Source: Savitreella phatthalungensis
Taxonomy: Eukaryota
Direction: 5' to 3'
Assembly: GCA_051599415.1 (NCBI GenBank)
Contig: AP039697.1
Location: 372,001 to 436,000, forward strand
DNA length: 64,000 bases
The translations under genes were made by a program, and so were the position numbers. Under the pieces are notes generated by a model. The model had not been told where the DNA came from. It made no database searches and saw only the letters and a list, made by a program, of their open reading frames with translations. This document shows positions 11,309-22,858 of this stretch, piece by piece; the first letter of the stretch is position 1, and each line of letters starts with the position of its first letter.

Positions 11309-13246
11309 ATGAACGTGCCCGTACAGCTCCAACCTGACGGTGCGTCCACGTCCATCATGTCGCCCTCTAAGCACCTGCGTGCAAGCGCCTATACGTCTTC
11401 CCATCTGGCTTCTGTCGCTGGTAGCGCGACTGTCGCAAAGGCCAAAGCGACCCTCAAGCAGGTCATTAGCGCGACACGTATTCCATTGGGCCAACTACAC
11501 TCGCTTGCCCCGCCACAGACCCTGGGCGCGTCAGGAGTTCTGCCAGACGGCGGCCGAGGTTCGCCAGTCAAGACTCCAGCCTTTTATCGCGGTCCATCTT
11601 CATTTGTACAGGACGATCTCCCCGTGCAGCTGAAGTCGCTCCACAAGCGCCAGACCGTGCAGCAGCAACCACAGTCCCACTACAATCCACAATCGTCCCA
11701 GCCGGCGATGCACAAGGCCAAGCACGACTCTCCAATTGAGTTGAAAACGCCAAGACCCGCTCCGATCGCACTCAAGCAGAGCGCAATGTCGCTGATCACT
11801 CCTGTCTCTGCAGCCGGAGACGATGAGGACAACGCATCGGAGGACGAACAGGACGGTCTAGCCGGCGAGGTTGGTCAGCTCGACGCGAGCGAGATCAATC
11901 TTGGTCCCGACGACGGCAGCAAGCCCCCTTTCAGTTATGCGACGCTGATTGGCATGGCTATTCTTCGGGCACCGAGCAAAAAGCTCACCCTGTCTGCTAT
12001 CTATGCGTGGATATCCGGCACATTCAGCTACTACTCGACCTCAGACTCTGGATGGCAGAACTCCATCAGACACAATCTATCGCTGAACAAGGCGTTCGTA
12101 AAGGTTGAGAGGCCTAAGGACGAACCAGGAAAGGGGCACTATTGGACGGTTGAGGCAGGATGCGAGAATCAATTCGTGAAGGGACGAGGAGCGAAGAAGA
12201 TGGGTGGCAGTGGACGTGGAGCCACGGCGAACGGGACTGCCGGTAGTATCAACAATGCCAACAGCTCAGCAGCGCGGCGCGATAGTAAGAAGCGCGCAGC
12301 CGAGGGCGAGATCGAGATGCTAAAGGTCGCCAAACGCGCTGCTACGGCGTCCCCGAGTGATGGCTTGCCTGCAGCGAAGACCCATATTCCAACCACTGTT
12401 AGTGCAGCCTCGATTGCAGGAACAACAGCAGCGGCGGTCAGTGCACTTGCCAGTCCACCATTGACAAATGACAAGCGCAAGCCTGCGTCAATATGGGATT
12501 ATGACGAGAATGGCTACTTCTCTCCCACGTTAGCGCAGATGACTGAATTCGACATGGCATTCGAAGACGGCTCGCTCAGCAGAGCAGAGGTGTACTCTCG
12601 CCAACTGTCATACTCCGCCACAGCACTCGACCTCGTCTTGTCACCACCGCCTTCGAGCTCGCCACATCGGCCAGAGCGATACGCGCCAGTAACGCCGGCG
12701 ACAACGGCTCAAAAGAAGACGCTTCTGGCGAGCCCAGGCACGAGTCTACGTGAGCATCGGCAGCAGATGATGCAGATGCTTGCTTCTCCGCACAATGACA
12801 TCTTCTCGCACGATCTTGAGGACGACCCGTGGCTGGTGAAGACGCCACTTGTCCATACTACACACCACTCGCCCGCACGTCGGCCGGACAATCACATGAC
12901 GAGCGAAGCGGCGCATGCGCAGCAGCCACCGTCGACGGTTTTGAAGAAACGTGTCCGAATCAGCAGCGACTTGCATGACGATTGGGATGACGTTGCCGAC
13001 CGAGCTGCCTTTGGCTCCCCTGAGAAGCGTGAGTCTCGTCGTCGTGAGATCCGACGGAGTCTGGTGTGCGGTCTTCACGCACAGGAACTGTACGAGACCG
13101 GATTCGAGCTCTCCAACATGCCAGGCGTCGACATCATGTCCGTCATGAAGCGCGAGATCGAGCTGGCCAAATCCGCCACCTCGTTCGCCTCACCCTCTCG
13201 TCCAGGCGCCTCAGCCATGGAACGCAGTCAGTCAAGTCTATTCTGA
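11309..13246 (+). CDS. sep1: Forkhead transcription factor (Sep1/Hcm1-like)
   Basis: [65 protein letters not shown]. Many S/TP CDK-type sites; no FHA domain. Confidence 0.88.
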   Translation: MNVPVQLQPDGASTSIMSPSKHLRASAYTSSHLASVAGSATVAKAKATLKQVISATRIPLGQLHSLAPPQTLGASGVLPDGGRGSPVKTPAFYRGPSSFVQDDLPVQLKSLHKRQTVQQQPQSHYNPQSSQPAMHKAKHDSPIELKTPRPAPIALKQSAMSLITPVSAAGDDEDNASEDEQDGLAGEVGQLDASEINLGPDDGSKPPFSYATLIGMAILRAPSKKLTLSAIYAWISGTFSYYSTSDSGWQNSIRHNLSLNKAFVKVERPKDEPGKGHYWTVEAGCENQFVKGRGAKKMGGSGRGATANGTAGSINNANSSAARRDSKKRAAEGEIEMLKVAKRAATASPSDGLPAAKTHIPTTVSAASIAGTTAAAVSALASPPLTNDKRKPASIWDYDENGYFSPTLAQMTEFDMAFEDGSLSRAEVYSRQLSYSATALDLVLSPPPSSSPHRPERYAPVTPATTAQKKTLLASPGTSLREHRQQMMQMLASPHNDIFSHDLEDDPWLVKTPLVHTTHHSPARRPDNHMTSEAAHAQQPPSTVLKKRVRISSDLHDDWDDVADRAAFGSPEKRESRRREIRRSLVCGLHAQELYETGFELSNMPGVDIMSVMKREIELAKSATSFASPSRPGASAMERSQSSLF

Positions 13247-13540
13247 TCGAAGTTTTCGACCTCGAACTCGTCCATCTCTACTTGCCCAACTTCCCATCGT
13301 CCTCTCTTATCCTTCAGTGCACTGGCCAAGGCGACTTTTTATTTTTTGCAGTTTCCCATTCCGTTTTCGACTACCTTTTCCCCGTCCATACGATGCTTTG
13401 CTCTACTCTGTGTATATACGTATACGCCTTACTTAATTATCGATCAGACACTTCACTTTCTCTCCCACAGCATGTGACGATCGGTTTCGGATTGAGTGAT
13501 TCGTTTGTGCAGGGTCATGTGGCCGGGTGATTGAAGGAAA

Positions 13541-15742
13541 TCACGATGACTGCTTCTTGAGGGCTTCCTGCTCGCTCATGTCGAGCAAGTCGAGTGTGAG
13601 TGCTGACAGCATTGCTGGGATCGAGTGCTTCTCTCCAGACCAGAATCTGACGAGTTCTGCGATTTTGTCTCCAAGTGGTGAGCCTGCTGCTGCTGCCTTT
13701 GAATCGGTGTTGCTGTCTGGGTCTGCCGTGAGCTGCATGGTGCCTGCCTCCCCGTCAAACACGAACGAGCAATCCTTGCCGTCTGCGTACATGGACGTCA
13801 GCCTGACCCTGCCGTTGGGTAGGAAGTCGAGCTTGTACCCTAAGAGGGAGAAGACGGCCTCCCTGAACTCGCTAGACTTGCCCGCAAATACCTCCCGCAA
13901 CCGCTGGATCATCTTCTCCTTCTGCCCAACCACACCCTGCAGACGACTCACCTCACTCTCAGCATTCCGCAAGCTCTGGATAGGCACAGACACGTCAGAT
14001 CGACCTGCAAGTTGATCCAGCAGCGCAGCGTTCTCCTTCTGCAGGTCAGCCAACTGCTGCGTCCGCACCGCCTGATACTTGGCTGTCGGATTGCCCTTGA
14101 ATTCTAGGACGCGATGGGCGTTCGGGGTTGTAGAATTCGGTGCAGATGCCGTGGTTGCGGGGTTCTGTTTGATATTGTCGAGGAGCTGCTTCTGTTTGGC
14201 GACAAAGTCCGTATGCTCCTTTCGCGCCTTCTCGAGCTCCGATTTCGCAAGCGTCTCCTGCTGCCGGGTGATCTCGAGCTCTGCAGCGAGGCCGCGGAGC
14301 TTACGAAGGTATTCGCCTCGCTCGATGTCGTTGAAGTCGGTCGATTCGCGCCGACGTTTCTGGCCAGTATTTGCAGCTGCCGATAATGTATCAGCCGGTT
14401 GGCTTGCAGGAGCGGCAGAAACGGCCGCTTTGTAACTATCGACAAGGTTTTCGAGCTCTTGGATACGCTGGACACGCTGCCGATCGAATGAGGGCGACTC
14501 GAGTTCTTCCTCGAGGTCGTATGACCGCAGTTGCTCTCGCAGGAACTCGACTTCTTTCAAAGCGAGACCTTTGCTGCGCTCGAGACGCAGCACTGTTCGC
14601 TCGAGTTGCTGCAACTTGTCTGACGCTGCGATAGCATCTGCCTCACGTGCGGATGCATGCTGTCGCGCCTCGACCAGCTGGACCTGCTCGTCCGCGAGCT
14701 GGGCTTCTGCTGCCTTGAGACGGGCAGACGTCATATCGAGATCCTTCTGAAGCTTGTCGCGCTCAGAGTCAACGGAGGAGACGGCGGCGTCGGCGGACGC
14801 TGCTGATCTGGCCATCTCCAATGCGAGCTCCGCCTCCAGAAGCTGAGTGCGGAGGGTGTCCATGCTGGCGAGCTTGCGGTCGAGATCGTTGTTCTTCTCC
14901 TGAAGGACGGCGGACTTTGCTGCGGCTTTCTTGAACGTCGATGCTTGGACCAAGGCGGCGGTGTGTGCGCGCTCGAGCTCACCACATCGGGATGTCAGCT
15001 CTGCCAGCTGCCTCTCGAGGAACTTCTGCGTGTCCTCGTCGGTGACGGCCTGTGCCTGCTTCGCTTGCAGACGGCGAACCTCCTCGCGCAACTCATCCAC
15101 CTCCACCCGCCCTGCTTCCACGAGCTCGTTCTTCTGCGACAAATCTGCACGTAGCGCATCCAGCGCCCGCTTCTGTCCTGCCAGCTCGAATGACTGCATC
15201 TCGAAAGCGCGAACGTCTGCCTGCTTCTCAATCGCATGTCGCTCGTTTGTGCTTATCAGCGCATCCTTTGCCTGCTGAACCTTCGACTCTGCGTCAGCGA
15301 CCGCTTTCCGCGACGACGTCTGCGTCTCCTCCAACGCAGCCTGCGCAGCCTTCAGCGCAGTCTCCTGAGTCGTCTGGAGCTCGTACAAAAACCGCTTGTC
15401 AGACTCCACACGCTCCTTCGCCTCCCCAGCAGCCAGAAGCTTGTCTTCGAGCTCGTTGATCCGCTTCGCAGACTGGATCCGCTCGATTGCGATCAGGTCG
15501 TTTGCCCGCGAGAGCTCGTACGACAGTCGATCGATCTCGAGGTCATGCGCCTTCTTCAGAGGTACGTGGGCGTTTGCAGCAGATGTGCTTGCGGCGACAG
15601 CAGTGGCAGCGAGCTTTGGCAGGGACGAGGCCACTGGTCGTGGTAGACCGCCAGCATAGCTACTTGGCTGCTCTGTTGGTCTGCCAGGCTTGACGACCGG
15701 CGAGAAGGCAAATGGATTGCCTGGACTGTTGAACACCGGCAT
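13541..15742 (-). CDS. MAD1: Spindle assembly checkpoint protein Mad1
   Basis: Long coiled coil, Mad2-binding RVLEFKGNP, C-terminal RLREVF..SSEFREAVFSLLGYKLDFLPNGRVRLTSMY and SIPAMLSALTLDL. Confidence 0.93.
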   Translation of the reverse strand: MPVFNSPGNPFAFSPVVKPGRPTEQPSSYAGGLPRPVASSLPKLAATAVAASTSAANAHVPLKKAHDLEIDRLSYELSRANDLIAIERIQSAKRINELEDKLLAAGEAKERVESDKRFLYELQTTQETALKAAQAALEETQTSSRKAVADAESKVQQAKDALISTNERHAIEKQADVRAFEMQSFELAGQKRALDALRADLSQKNELVEAGRVEVDELREEVRRLQAKQAQAVTDEDTQKFLERQLAELTSRCGELERAHTAALVQASTFKKAAAKSAVLQEKNNDLDRKLASMDTLRTQLLEAELALEMARSAASADAAVSSVDSERDKLQKDLDMTSARLKAAEAQLADEQVQLVEARQHASAREADAIAASDKLQQLERTVLRLERSKGLALKEVEFLREQLRSYDLEEELESPSFDRQRVQRIQELENLVDSYKAAVSAAPASQPADTLSAAANTGQKRRRESTDFNDIERGEYLRKLRGLAAELEITRQQETLAKSELEKARKEHTDFVAKQKQLLDNIKQNPATTASAPNSTTPNAHRVLEFKGNPTAKYQAVRTQQLADLQKENAALLDQLAGRSDVSVPIQSLRNAESEVSRLQGVVGQKEKMIQRLREVFAGKSSEFREAVFSLLGYKLDFLPNGRVRLTSMYADGKDCSFVFDGEAGTMQLTADPDSNTDSKAAAAGSPLGDKIAELVRFWSGEKHSIPAMLSALTLDLLDMSEQEALKKQSS

Positions 15743-16093
15743 TGTGGTCTCACTCCATGACTGTTAACGCCCTCCAGCAGACGACCGCATGTATACGTAT
15801 GCGTGTACGTGTGTTTATCAGGTCGGTGCAGATATGTAATGTTGTGTTGTGTATTGACATTTATATTTCGTCGGACACATAAGGCAGGTCTATGTGCTGA
15901 AACACATGTGCATAGTGCTGCCTGCCCACTCAATTGCGATCACGACTAGAACGATGTGCGAGTACGTTTGTGTGTGGAATATGGCAACCTTGTCCAGGCT
16001 GGAATGTCTACATAGGTAGTTTGAGGGTACCGTCCGGGGAGGGATAATCTACATGGCATGGTGGTGAGAACACAGCGTCGTCGAGTCAGGAAG

Positions 16094-18388
16094 CTACGCA
16101 GTTGTTGCGAAGAGCCAGCGTGACGCCTGGAGGACGTAGCTGTACGACACAAATGCCGTCTCGTTTGTGGTCTCTCCGTCGAAGGGGTTCTCGCGCACGC
16201 GTGAAGCTAGTAGAGCGAAGCCTGAGCCTCGAGATAGGTTTGATGCTGTAGTCTTCCAACGCGCTTCGACGTGGGAGGCTGGCGGCGTGGTTGCATCCGT
16301 CTTGAAACGTGCGAGTAGGTTGATCGGTGTTGCAGGGTCGAGTGTCTGCGCCCCAAGCTTCCAGACAAGCTTGTTTGCGCGCTTGACAAAGGTGCCTGCG
16401 GGCTTGGCAACACATGTCTTCGCGGGTCCATCGAGAGATACGTGGATCTCAAGGTCTTGGAGTAAAATCTGACTCGCGAAGGCGGAGTGCGGTCGAAGTA
16501 CGAGCTTGACACTCGTTTGAGTCTCCTCGGTCGTCCATTTCTGCTCAAGTGTAATAGGTTGAAAGCGCTTGGCCGATATCTCGTCCGTTGCGACCTGATA
16601 TTTAAATAGTGGCGTCATACGCGTAGACAGGTCCGCCTGGACTGCATAAAGATTGTCAGATCGCTCGTCAAGCACTTGCCGATTGGCGATCACGCGGCTG
16701 ACGGAAGAAGGCGGCTGGAGCTGGAGCTGGAGTGCTGCACCATCTATGCCACTTCGGTCGCAAAAGGCTGCCTCGCCAGAGGTCTGAAGCTCGCCGGACG
16801 GTAGCATCTGTGTCGACTCGATGACGGAAAGATGGAGACCTGCCTCGCTGGGCTCGGTGTGTCTAGGACCTGCAGGAGAAATCGGAGACGAGGAGCTTGA
16901 GTGACCCGATCTGATTGACGAAGCATCATTTGAGAAGCTGCCGTGACGACCGAGATTGTGTGTCATGAGTTGCCTTGCAGCTGGTGAGGCGGCAGCGCTT
17001 CCAAATGTTGCGTCTGCAGGGCTGTCATTGCGAGCGAGCGGAGTGCCGAGCACGTCGCGTGCCACGGCTTGCGTGTCTCCAGCAGAGAGCAAGCTACGGC
17101 TGTCGCGCCTGCCACCTGTACGTCTAGAGACAGTGTTACTCGCGCGCAAACTCGAGCTGACGTTGCTGAAGGCGGCTTCGCCACCTACGTCGCCATTGTT
17201 GAAAGCACCATTGACAGAGGCCGTGTTCTGCTGAGGCTGTGGCTCCGACGGTGGTGCGATGTATACTGGCTCAGCCGCAGCAGGCGTCTGGTAGGTTTCG
17301 CGCGGTGCCTCGCGAGGCGGCTCAAGAGGTGCTGTGGGAACTGGTGCAGGGATGACTGGCGCAGATTGAGCGGCAGGCTCTTCAGCGATTGGTGCCGGTG
17401 CAGCAGCGCGTCGGTCGTTGCGATTGTTGCTCGTGCCATTGCTGGCGCCGGATATTGACTTGCGCTTCGAGGGAGATGTTGATCGTTTGCCTCGCAGGAG
17501 AGTTCCGAATTTCGATTTGAGAGAGTTGCCAACGCCGCCGGAGGAGCGGATACTGCCAGAGTCCTCGCCTGTGCTTGTCCGCCTGTCTAGTCGCGGGGCA
17601 GAGTCAGCTGCGCCAACGCCTGATGCACGTGTGCTTCCCGGCGCTTGACCGGGTGTTACGCCTGGTACCATTGAGCCTCGTGCAAGGCGCTGGGTAATAA
17701 CCTGCATGGGTTCGTCAGTCGGGACAATCTCGAGGACAGATGCGATCAAGGCCTCTGAGCGCTGCACACATCCAGTCAGCGTATCAATATCAGCCGTCTG
17801 CCAGCGGACGATCGCGTCCTTGAAATTTGCGACGCGGCGCTCGTCGAGCCTCTGTAGATTCTCGAAGACTCTGGGCGCGTCTGCGTCCCATCCAGCGCGA
17901 GCCTTTTCAAGGTCTTCCTGAGCTCCTGCTTGCTTGTTAGCCTTATTGCCGAATTTAGAGGTCTCTGCCTTCTGGATGCGGGTTTCCGCCTGATCTAGGG
18001 ATTTTGCGAGTGCAGAGAGGTCGCGCTCAAGCGCGGATACATTAGCGGATTCTGTGACTGGCTCCCATCGTGAGAAGTGTCGAATGACGTCCTCGTTTAG
18101 ACGATCGCCTGCATTGATGTGTGCGCGCGCGTTGCCAGTCAACGTCTGGAGACAGCCTGCCCATGCGTTCTGAGTGATGCCAAGATCTGCAGAGGCGAAC
18201 TTTGTCTGTCGCTCAGTGAGTTTGAGAAGAGCTCTGCCGTATGATTGCTCAATCTCACGCAGGTCTTTAAACCAGTCGCCTAGCTCTTCGTGAATTGTGC
18301 GATTGGCTTCTAGCCTGTCGCGAACGACTGCTGCTGCCTCTTTTGGGCCTAAACTGTTGAGGAATGTTGAGGCATAAGCAGAGTCCAT
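16094..18388 (-). CDS. SYP1: Syp1/FCHo endocytic adaptor (F-BAR + mu homology domain)
   Basis: N-terminal F-BAR (ELGDWFKDLREIEQSY..W..DAPRVFENLQRLDERR), disordered linker, C-terminal beta-rich muHD (KPAGTF..KLVWKL..LLARF), NPF motif. Confidence 0.85.
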   Translation of the reverse strand: MDSAYASTFLNSLGPKEAAAVVRDRLEANRTIHEELGDWFKDLREIEQSYGRALLKLTERQTKFASADLGITQNAWAGCLQTLTGNARAHINAGDRLNEDVIRHFSRWEPVTESANVSALERDLSALAKSLDQAETRIQKAETSKFGNKANKQAGAQEDLEKARAGWDADAPRVFENLQRLDERRVANFKDAIVRWQTADIDTLTGCVQRSEALIASVLEIVPTDEPMQVITQRLARGSMVPGVTPGQAPGSTRASGVGAADSAPRLDRRTSTGEDSGSIRSSGGVGNSLKSKFGTLLRGKRSTSPSKRKSISGASNGTSNNRNDRRAAAPAPIAEEPAAQSAPVIPAPVPTAPLEPPREAPRETYQTPAAAEPVYIAPPSEPQPQQNTASVNGAFNNGDVGGEAAFSNVSSSLRASNTVSRRTGGRRDSRSLLSAGDTQAVARDVLGTPLARNDSPADATFGSAAASPAARQLMTHNLGRHGSFSNDASSIRSGHSSSSSPISPAGPRHTEPSEAGLHLSVIESTQMLPSGELQTSGEAAFCDRSGIDGAALQLQLQPPSSVSRVIANRQVLDERSDNLYAVQADLSTRMTPLFKYQVATDEISAKRFQPITLEQKWTTEETQTSVKLVLRPHSAFASQILLQDLEIHVSLDGPAKTCVAKPAGTFVKRANKLVWKLGAQTLDPATPINLLARFKTDATTPPASHVEARWKTTASNLSRGSGFALLASRVRENPFDGETTNETAFVSYSYVLQASRWLFATTA

Positions 18389-18574
18389 GGCTGCCGATGC
18401 TCTTGGGGAAGTTTACCAAGACTAGCACTAGGACAGGGACTATGAGTGTAAGCCTCAAAGGAGATTGATTGAGCAGGTCTGGTGAGGTCAGGAGAGACTT
18501 GTGAGAGTGCTGGATGAGAGTGATGGATGGACGATGTGGAGTTGCTAAGAGTTGAGAGTGTATGGTGTAGAGTA

Positions 18575-18960
18575 AAGTATATTATAAGTTGAAGCGGAGG
18601 AGTGACGACATTGGAAGATGGAGGGCGATTGAATTAGAAAAGGATACTATTCATATATAGTATGTATGGAAAGCTGCTTCTAAGAAATATAGTCCAGTAC
18701 GCTATATATTTATATACATATATAATTTAGACCCATGCTATAGTATATATACTGCATGCTGTACAGTATACTGCGTCGATTGCAAAGTCATTCGTGCATC
18801 CACACCTAATTTGATCCCACTGACCTCACACGTGCACACAAATGTGTGCTGTCTGAAAAGATCTATTTCACGCTGAAGATAGATGCACTATAGATATACA
18901 TTTAGTGCTATAGAGTCGGTCTCTATTCTCACTATAATTACTCTGTCGAATGTATGTCGA
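18575..18960. other. AT/TA-rich island in the divergent syp1-kinase intergenic region
   Basis: Dense TA dinucleotide runs (e.g. ctatatatttatatacatatataattt) against a background above 50% GC. Confidence 0.6.
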
Positions 18961-19305
18961 CCTCCAATCCAATTAACAGCTTCTCAAGCAGCACATATGA
19001 TCTGGGTTGAGGGATCTAGAATTCATCGATTGGACAAATGGCATCCTGCACGTGTTTGACTATCTAGTGTCCGCCTCGACATTGTACTGAATGCACAAAA
19101 TCCTCTTTGGACAAGCCTGGGTCAAACCGCTCGAGCCCACGGCCGGAGCTTCAACCTGACCTACGTCTGAGGCCAACCGCGGTCAAGTGGGAGACTGAGT
19201 CTGATGACCGCCATCTCAACTGTGTCAACACCTGATGCATGACTTGAAGTTGCACAGAGTGTCTGCTACCATCTACAATAGCTCTTACCTCGATCGTCTG
19301 GTGCC

Positions 19306-20169
19306 ATGCCTATGACCCTGGTCGATCGACGTCCTTGGTCTGTGATTCTGAGAGATGGCAATCGCTGTCGAAAAGTCATCACTCGCAATTGTCCTGAGCC
19401 TGGAGATCCTGTTCGGGAGCGCGAGATTCTGAGACGACTCCGAGACCTCAAATCGCCAGACACAATAGTGGCGCTTTGTGAGGACGGGAAGAACGACCGA
19501 GGTGATATCACGCTGGATATTGCTTGGATACCGGGACACCTTGTAGAGCACGCGCGAAACCTCTCAATAGATCGTCGGGTAACATTGCTTTGTGACCTCG
19601 CACACGCCCTACAGTGGCTACATGCACACGATGTCATCCACCGCGACGTCAATCCCAGCAACGTTCTCGTCAACGCGGAAGGTCGAGCTGTGCTGATCGA
19701 TTTCGGCATTGCTTGGGCTCCTTGGGCGTCAGGTAGCGAGACAAGCCAGACGCTATGCCCGACTATCGGCACTGGCATGTACCGCGCTCCAGAGACCTTG
19801 TTCGGATGCACGGCTTATACGAGCGCCGTCGACATCTGGTGCTTCGGCCTCGTCGCCGCGACTGTGCTCGATTCAGAATGCAGACCGCTGTTTGAGGTCG
19901 ATGATGGCACGAGCGAGTTGAGTGTCATCGCCGCCTGCTTCAAGACTCTTGGTACACCAGCCTCGCAAACCATGGCGGAATGGCGTGGCGGGTCTCCTGG
20001 AATGGGCGTGGTCGCCCAACAGACCACAGAGTGGGTGGAGAGATACCCTCCATCCGTGAGGACTCTCCTGACCTCGTGCCTGCGCTACAGTGTGGGAGAC
20101 CGTCCAACGGCTTCTGACCTGCTCGCTCAGACGTCCATGTCGTCAAAGTACTCGTCCCCGACGTCGTAG
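19306..20169 (+). CDS. csk1: Monomeric CDK-activating kinase (Csk1/Cak1-like)
   Basis: HRDVNPSNVL, DFGIAW, GTGMYRAPETLFG, DIWCFG. No glycine-rich loop, as known for Cak1/Csk1-type kinases. Confidence 0.7.
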   Translation: MPMTLVDRRPWSVILRDGNRCRKVITRNCPEPGDPVREREILRRLRDLKSPDTIVALCEDGKNDRGDITLDIAWIPGHLVEHARNLSIDRRVTLLCDLAHALQWLHAHDVIHRDVNPSNVLVNAEGRAVLIDFGIAWAPWASGSETSQTLCPTIGTGMYRAPETLFGCTAYTSAVDIWCFGLVAATVLDSECRPLFEVDDGTSELSVIAACFKTLGTPASQTMAEWRGGSPGMGVVAQQTTEWVERYPPSVRTLLTSCLRYSVGDRPTASDLLAQTSMSSKYSSPTS

Positions 20170-22481
20170 TCGGTATCACCGATCGTCTGAACGGCTCCAG
20201 GCTGTGACGCTTGTGCGCGCTCGAGCTTACCAGTCTTGCGCTGCCATGCGAGTACCTGGTCCATATTCCACCAGGCGATACCTTCTTGGTCGGACGCGCC
20301 AAATGGCTGAGCCATGTTGCGGAGGAATTTGCGTGCCGTCGTCACGGCCATATCCGTGCTCAAGTTGCAATTCGGCTCGCTCATGTACTGCTGGATCCAC
20401 TTGGGCAGCTTGGATCGCTTATCCGCCCGACCAAACCGCCGATCGGCGAGCACCATGATCCCGTAATCGTCTTTACCACGCAACACTCGCCCGAGACATT
20501 GAGCTGCGTGTCTCAATGCATCGAACGTCAGAAAGTCGTTCTCTCGGATTTGGAAATTGTCGCGGAGGAACTCCAGGCGTGCTTTGAGGATTCGAGACTC
20601 AGTATACTGGTACGGGATACCGAACATCAAGACCGTTCTGCCATAGTGGTGGTCAAAATCGATTCCTTCAGACACTTTGCCGCGTGCCACACAGAGGAAG
20701 ATGGCGCCCCGGCCATTCTCACATGCCGTACGATACGTCTCGAGCGCCAAACTCGTCTCCTGAGCGTCAGGCGTTTCTACCAGAATCAGCTTGTACTTCC
20801 ACACCTCGTCAAGGATACCCATGCTCTGCCACATCGAGATGATGGACTCCATGTAGAGGTAGGACGGGAAGAATGCCACGACACCGTCAGGTGTGATGCG
20901 TGAGAACTCGATCAGGATGTTGCCGTAGTTGCGAACGACAGATGGGTCATTCCTCACCTCGAACTTCGAACTGATAGCCACCTGGTCGCCGCCGCGTGTG
21001 ATCACCATCGGCAGGAAACAATTTCGTGCGAGCGTCATCGAGTAAGATTCCTGGACGACCGTGTTGAATTGCAGCATCTTTGGGTACATGTCGAGTGGTG
21101 AGAGCGTACCAGAGGTGATGACCACAGAGCTGAACCTGTCAAAGACAGGCTTGATGGCAATCGATGCGTCTAGACATGTCAAGTGGAATACCGGATTTGG
21201 CACGGTCGCAGCCTCCGACTCGAACGGCTCGAGGATAAGGAGGAAGCCCTTCTCGTACGTGGCGACGAGCGTCGCAAACGCTGCTACCTCCTGTAAGGAT
21301 TGGAAATCTTCGATGTCTGCGAGCTCAAGTGTCCGCACGAGTGAGGTCAGCCGCTCTGCACAGAACCTAAGCGGCTTCTTCTCGATGAAAGTCAGATCCT
21401 TCAGATGCTGAAGGAATGAGCCAGGTGTCTCGGCGATGACGTGCAAGACCTTCATTCTTGTCTTCAGGTACTCCACGAAGCGCTTCAAGAAGGCAACAAA
21501 GTGCTCTGCGCGTCTTATGTTGCCTGGAATTGCCTCCTTCAGCAGATCGTCGGGCAATGCAGGATTTGACATGAACGCATCCTCTTCGCGAGCCGCATCG
21601 GCATCTCTAAGTCCTTCGACTAGCCGCTGATATTCATTCTGCAGCTTCTCGGCATCCGTCTCCTTCATATCTGTGATTTTCGAGTCGAGCTGGTTGACAC
21701 TTCGCGTAGCACGTCTCAAGGAGTCATCCGTCAGGTCGATTGACAGCGACTCGATACATACGTTATCGATGTTGTGTGCCTCGTCGAAGACGACGATACA
21801 ATCCTTTGATAGCTCTTTAGATACACGTTCGGCGATCTTTGGGTCAAGCAGATAGTGGTAGGAGTAGATGATGATGTTGCACAAAGGCATCATCCTTCGA
21901 GCTGTAAAGTATGGACACTGCTTGTTTGTCTCGCCGTACTTCAACAGGTCATCGAACGTCCACACGCCGCTTGGAATGAGATTGTGTGGCTCTAAAAGAT
22001 CAAGATTGTCATGGTAGATGCAGAGAGCAACATCCTCGCCCGCACGTTGCTTCTCCTTGACGAAGCTCGCAGTCAAGCTTCGACAGCGCGCATCGACCAC
22101 ATTGCCCTTTTTCTCCTGCTTGACTGATGGGTGAAGACAGAGATTCTTGCGACTCGTCAGACCGAGACCTCGGAAATCCTCGACGTGACCTAGCTCAGCA
22201 GCACGGAAGGCCATGAGCGCCTTGAGCTCAAGCAGTGCCTTCTCAATCTCACTCATTGTGCGCGAGCAATAGATGAGCTTCCGATGTTCCGGATAATACT
22301 GCTGATATGCGACGATGAGTGACAGCAGTGAGACAGTCTTGCCCGTTCCAGACGGCATCTCTAGAACGCAATGACCTCCAGCATCAAGTGTGCGCTTGAG
22401 ATCTGTCATATATGCCAATTGCTCCGGGTAGATGCGCGGGTACGGCCATAGTACCGGCAGGCCATCGATCTCGAACTTCAT
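20127..22481 (-). CDS. RAD3: TFIIH helicase XPD (Rad3/Rad15)
   Basis: MKFEIDGLPVLWPYPRIYPEQ, EMPSGTGKT, Fe-S cluster cysteines, DEAH, ARGKVSEGIDF, AQCLGRVLRGK. Confidence 0.98.
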   Translation of the reverse strand: MKFEIDGLPVLWPYPRIYPEQLAYMTDLKRTLDAGGHCVLEMPSGTGKTVSLLSLIVAYQQYYPEHRKLIYCSRTMSEIEKALLELKALMAFRAAELGHVEDFRGLGLTSRKNLCLHPSVKQEKKGNVVDARCRSLTASFVKEKQRAGEDVALCIYHDNLDLLEPHNLIPSGVWTFDDLLKYGETNKQCPYFTARRMMPLCNIIIYSYHYLLDPKIAERVSKELSKDCIVVFDEAHNIDNVCIESLSIDLTDDSLRRATRSVNQLDSKITDMKETDAEKLQNEYQRLVEGLRDADAAREEDAFMSNPALPDDLLKEAIPGNIRRAEHFVAFLKRFVEYLKTRMKVLHVIAETPGSFLQHLKDLTFIEKKPLRFCAERLTSLVRTLELADIEDFQSLQEVAAFATLVATYEKGFLLILEPFESEAATVPNPVFHLTCLDASIAIKPVFDRFSSVVITSGTLSPLDMYPKMLQFNTVVQESYSMTLARNCFLPMVITRGGDQVAISSKFEVRNDPSVVRNYGNILIEFSRITPDGVVAFFPSYLYMESIISMWQSMGILDEVWKYKLILVETPDAQETSLALETYRTACENGRGAIFLCVARGKVSEGIDFDHHYGRTVLMFGIPYQYTESRILKARLEFLRDNFQIRENDFLTFDALRHAAQCLGRVLRGKDDYGIMVLADRRFGRADKRSKLPKWIQQYMSEPNCNLSTDMAVTTARKFLRNMAQPFGASDQEGIAWWNMDQVLAWQRKTGKLERAQASQPGAVQTIGDTDYDVGDEYFDDMDV

Positions 22482-22858
22482 CCTCTCAGCTTTGACCGTC
22501 ACTGCACTATCATTCTCTGCCACTCCGTTGAATCCTCCCTTGTGCTCTGCAAAGGGCTGTCCTGAAGTGACGTCTTCAGGTCTTATTTAGCATGCATCCA
22601 TCCCGTGTGGCTATACAGTACGCAGATCTCGAGTGTACTGCTGCATGCACACATATGCACATGAATGATCTAGCTGGTACGAAACATTTGAGTGTAAAAC
22701 GCTTCTGAACAATCGAATGCAGGCATATGCGCATGACGTAGAGGCACACGAGAAAAGGTCAGACATCTTGAGTCTCTGAGAGTCAGCAGCTAGAGCATAC
22801 AAGTCAACGGTCAAGAGACTCAAGGTGAGTAGAGGAGCTTCGTCGGCATACACGAGCC

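Noticed and set aside
22482..22523. N-terminal extensions in the ORF track (XPD, also Elf1, UPRT, Urg1, SUN)
   Set aside because: They start at GTG/TTG. The conserved proteins begin at the downstream ATG.
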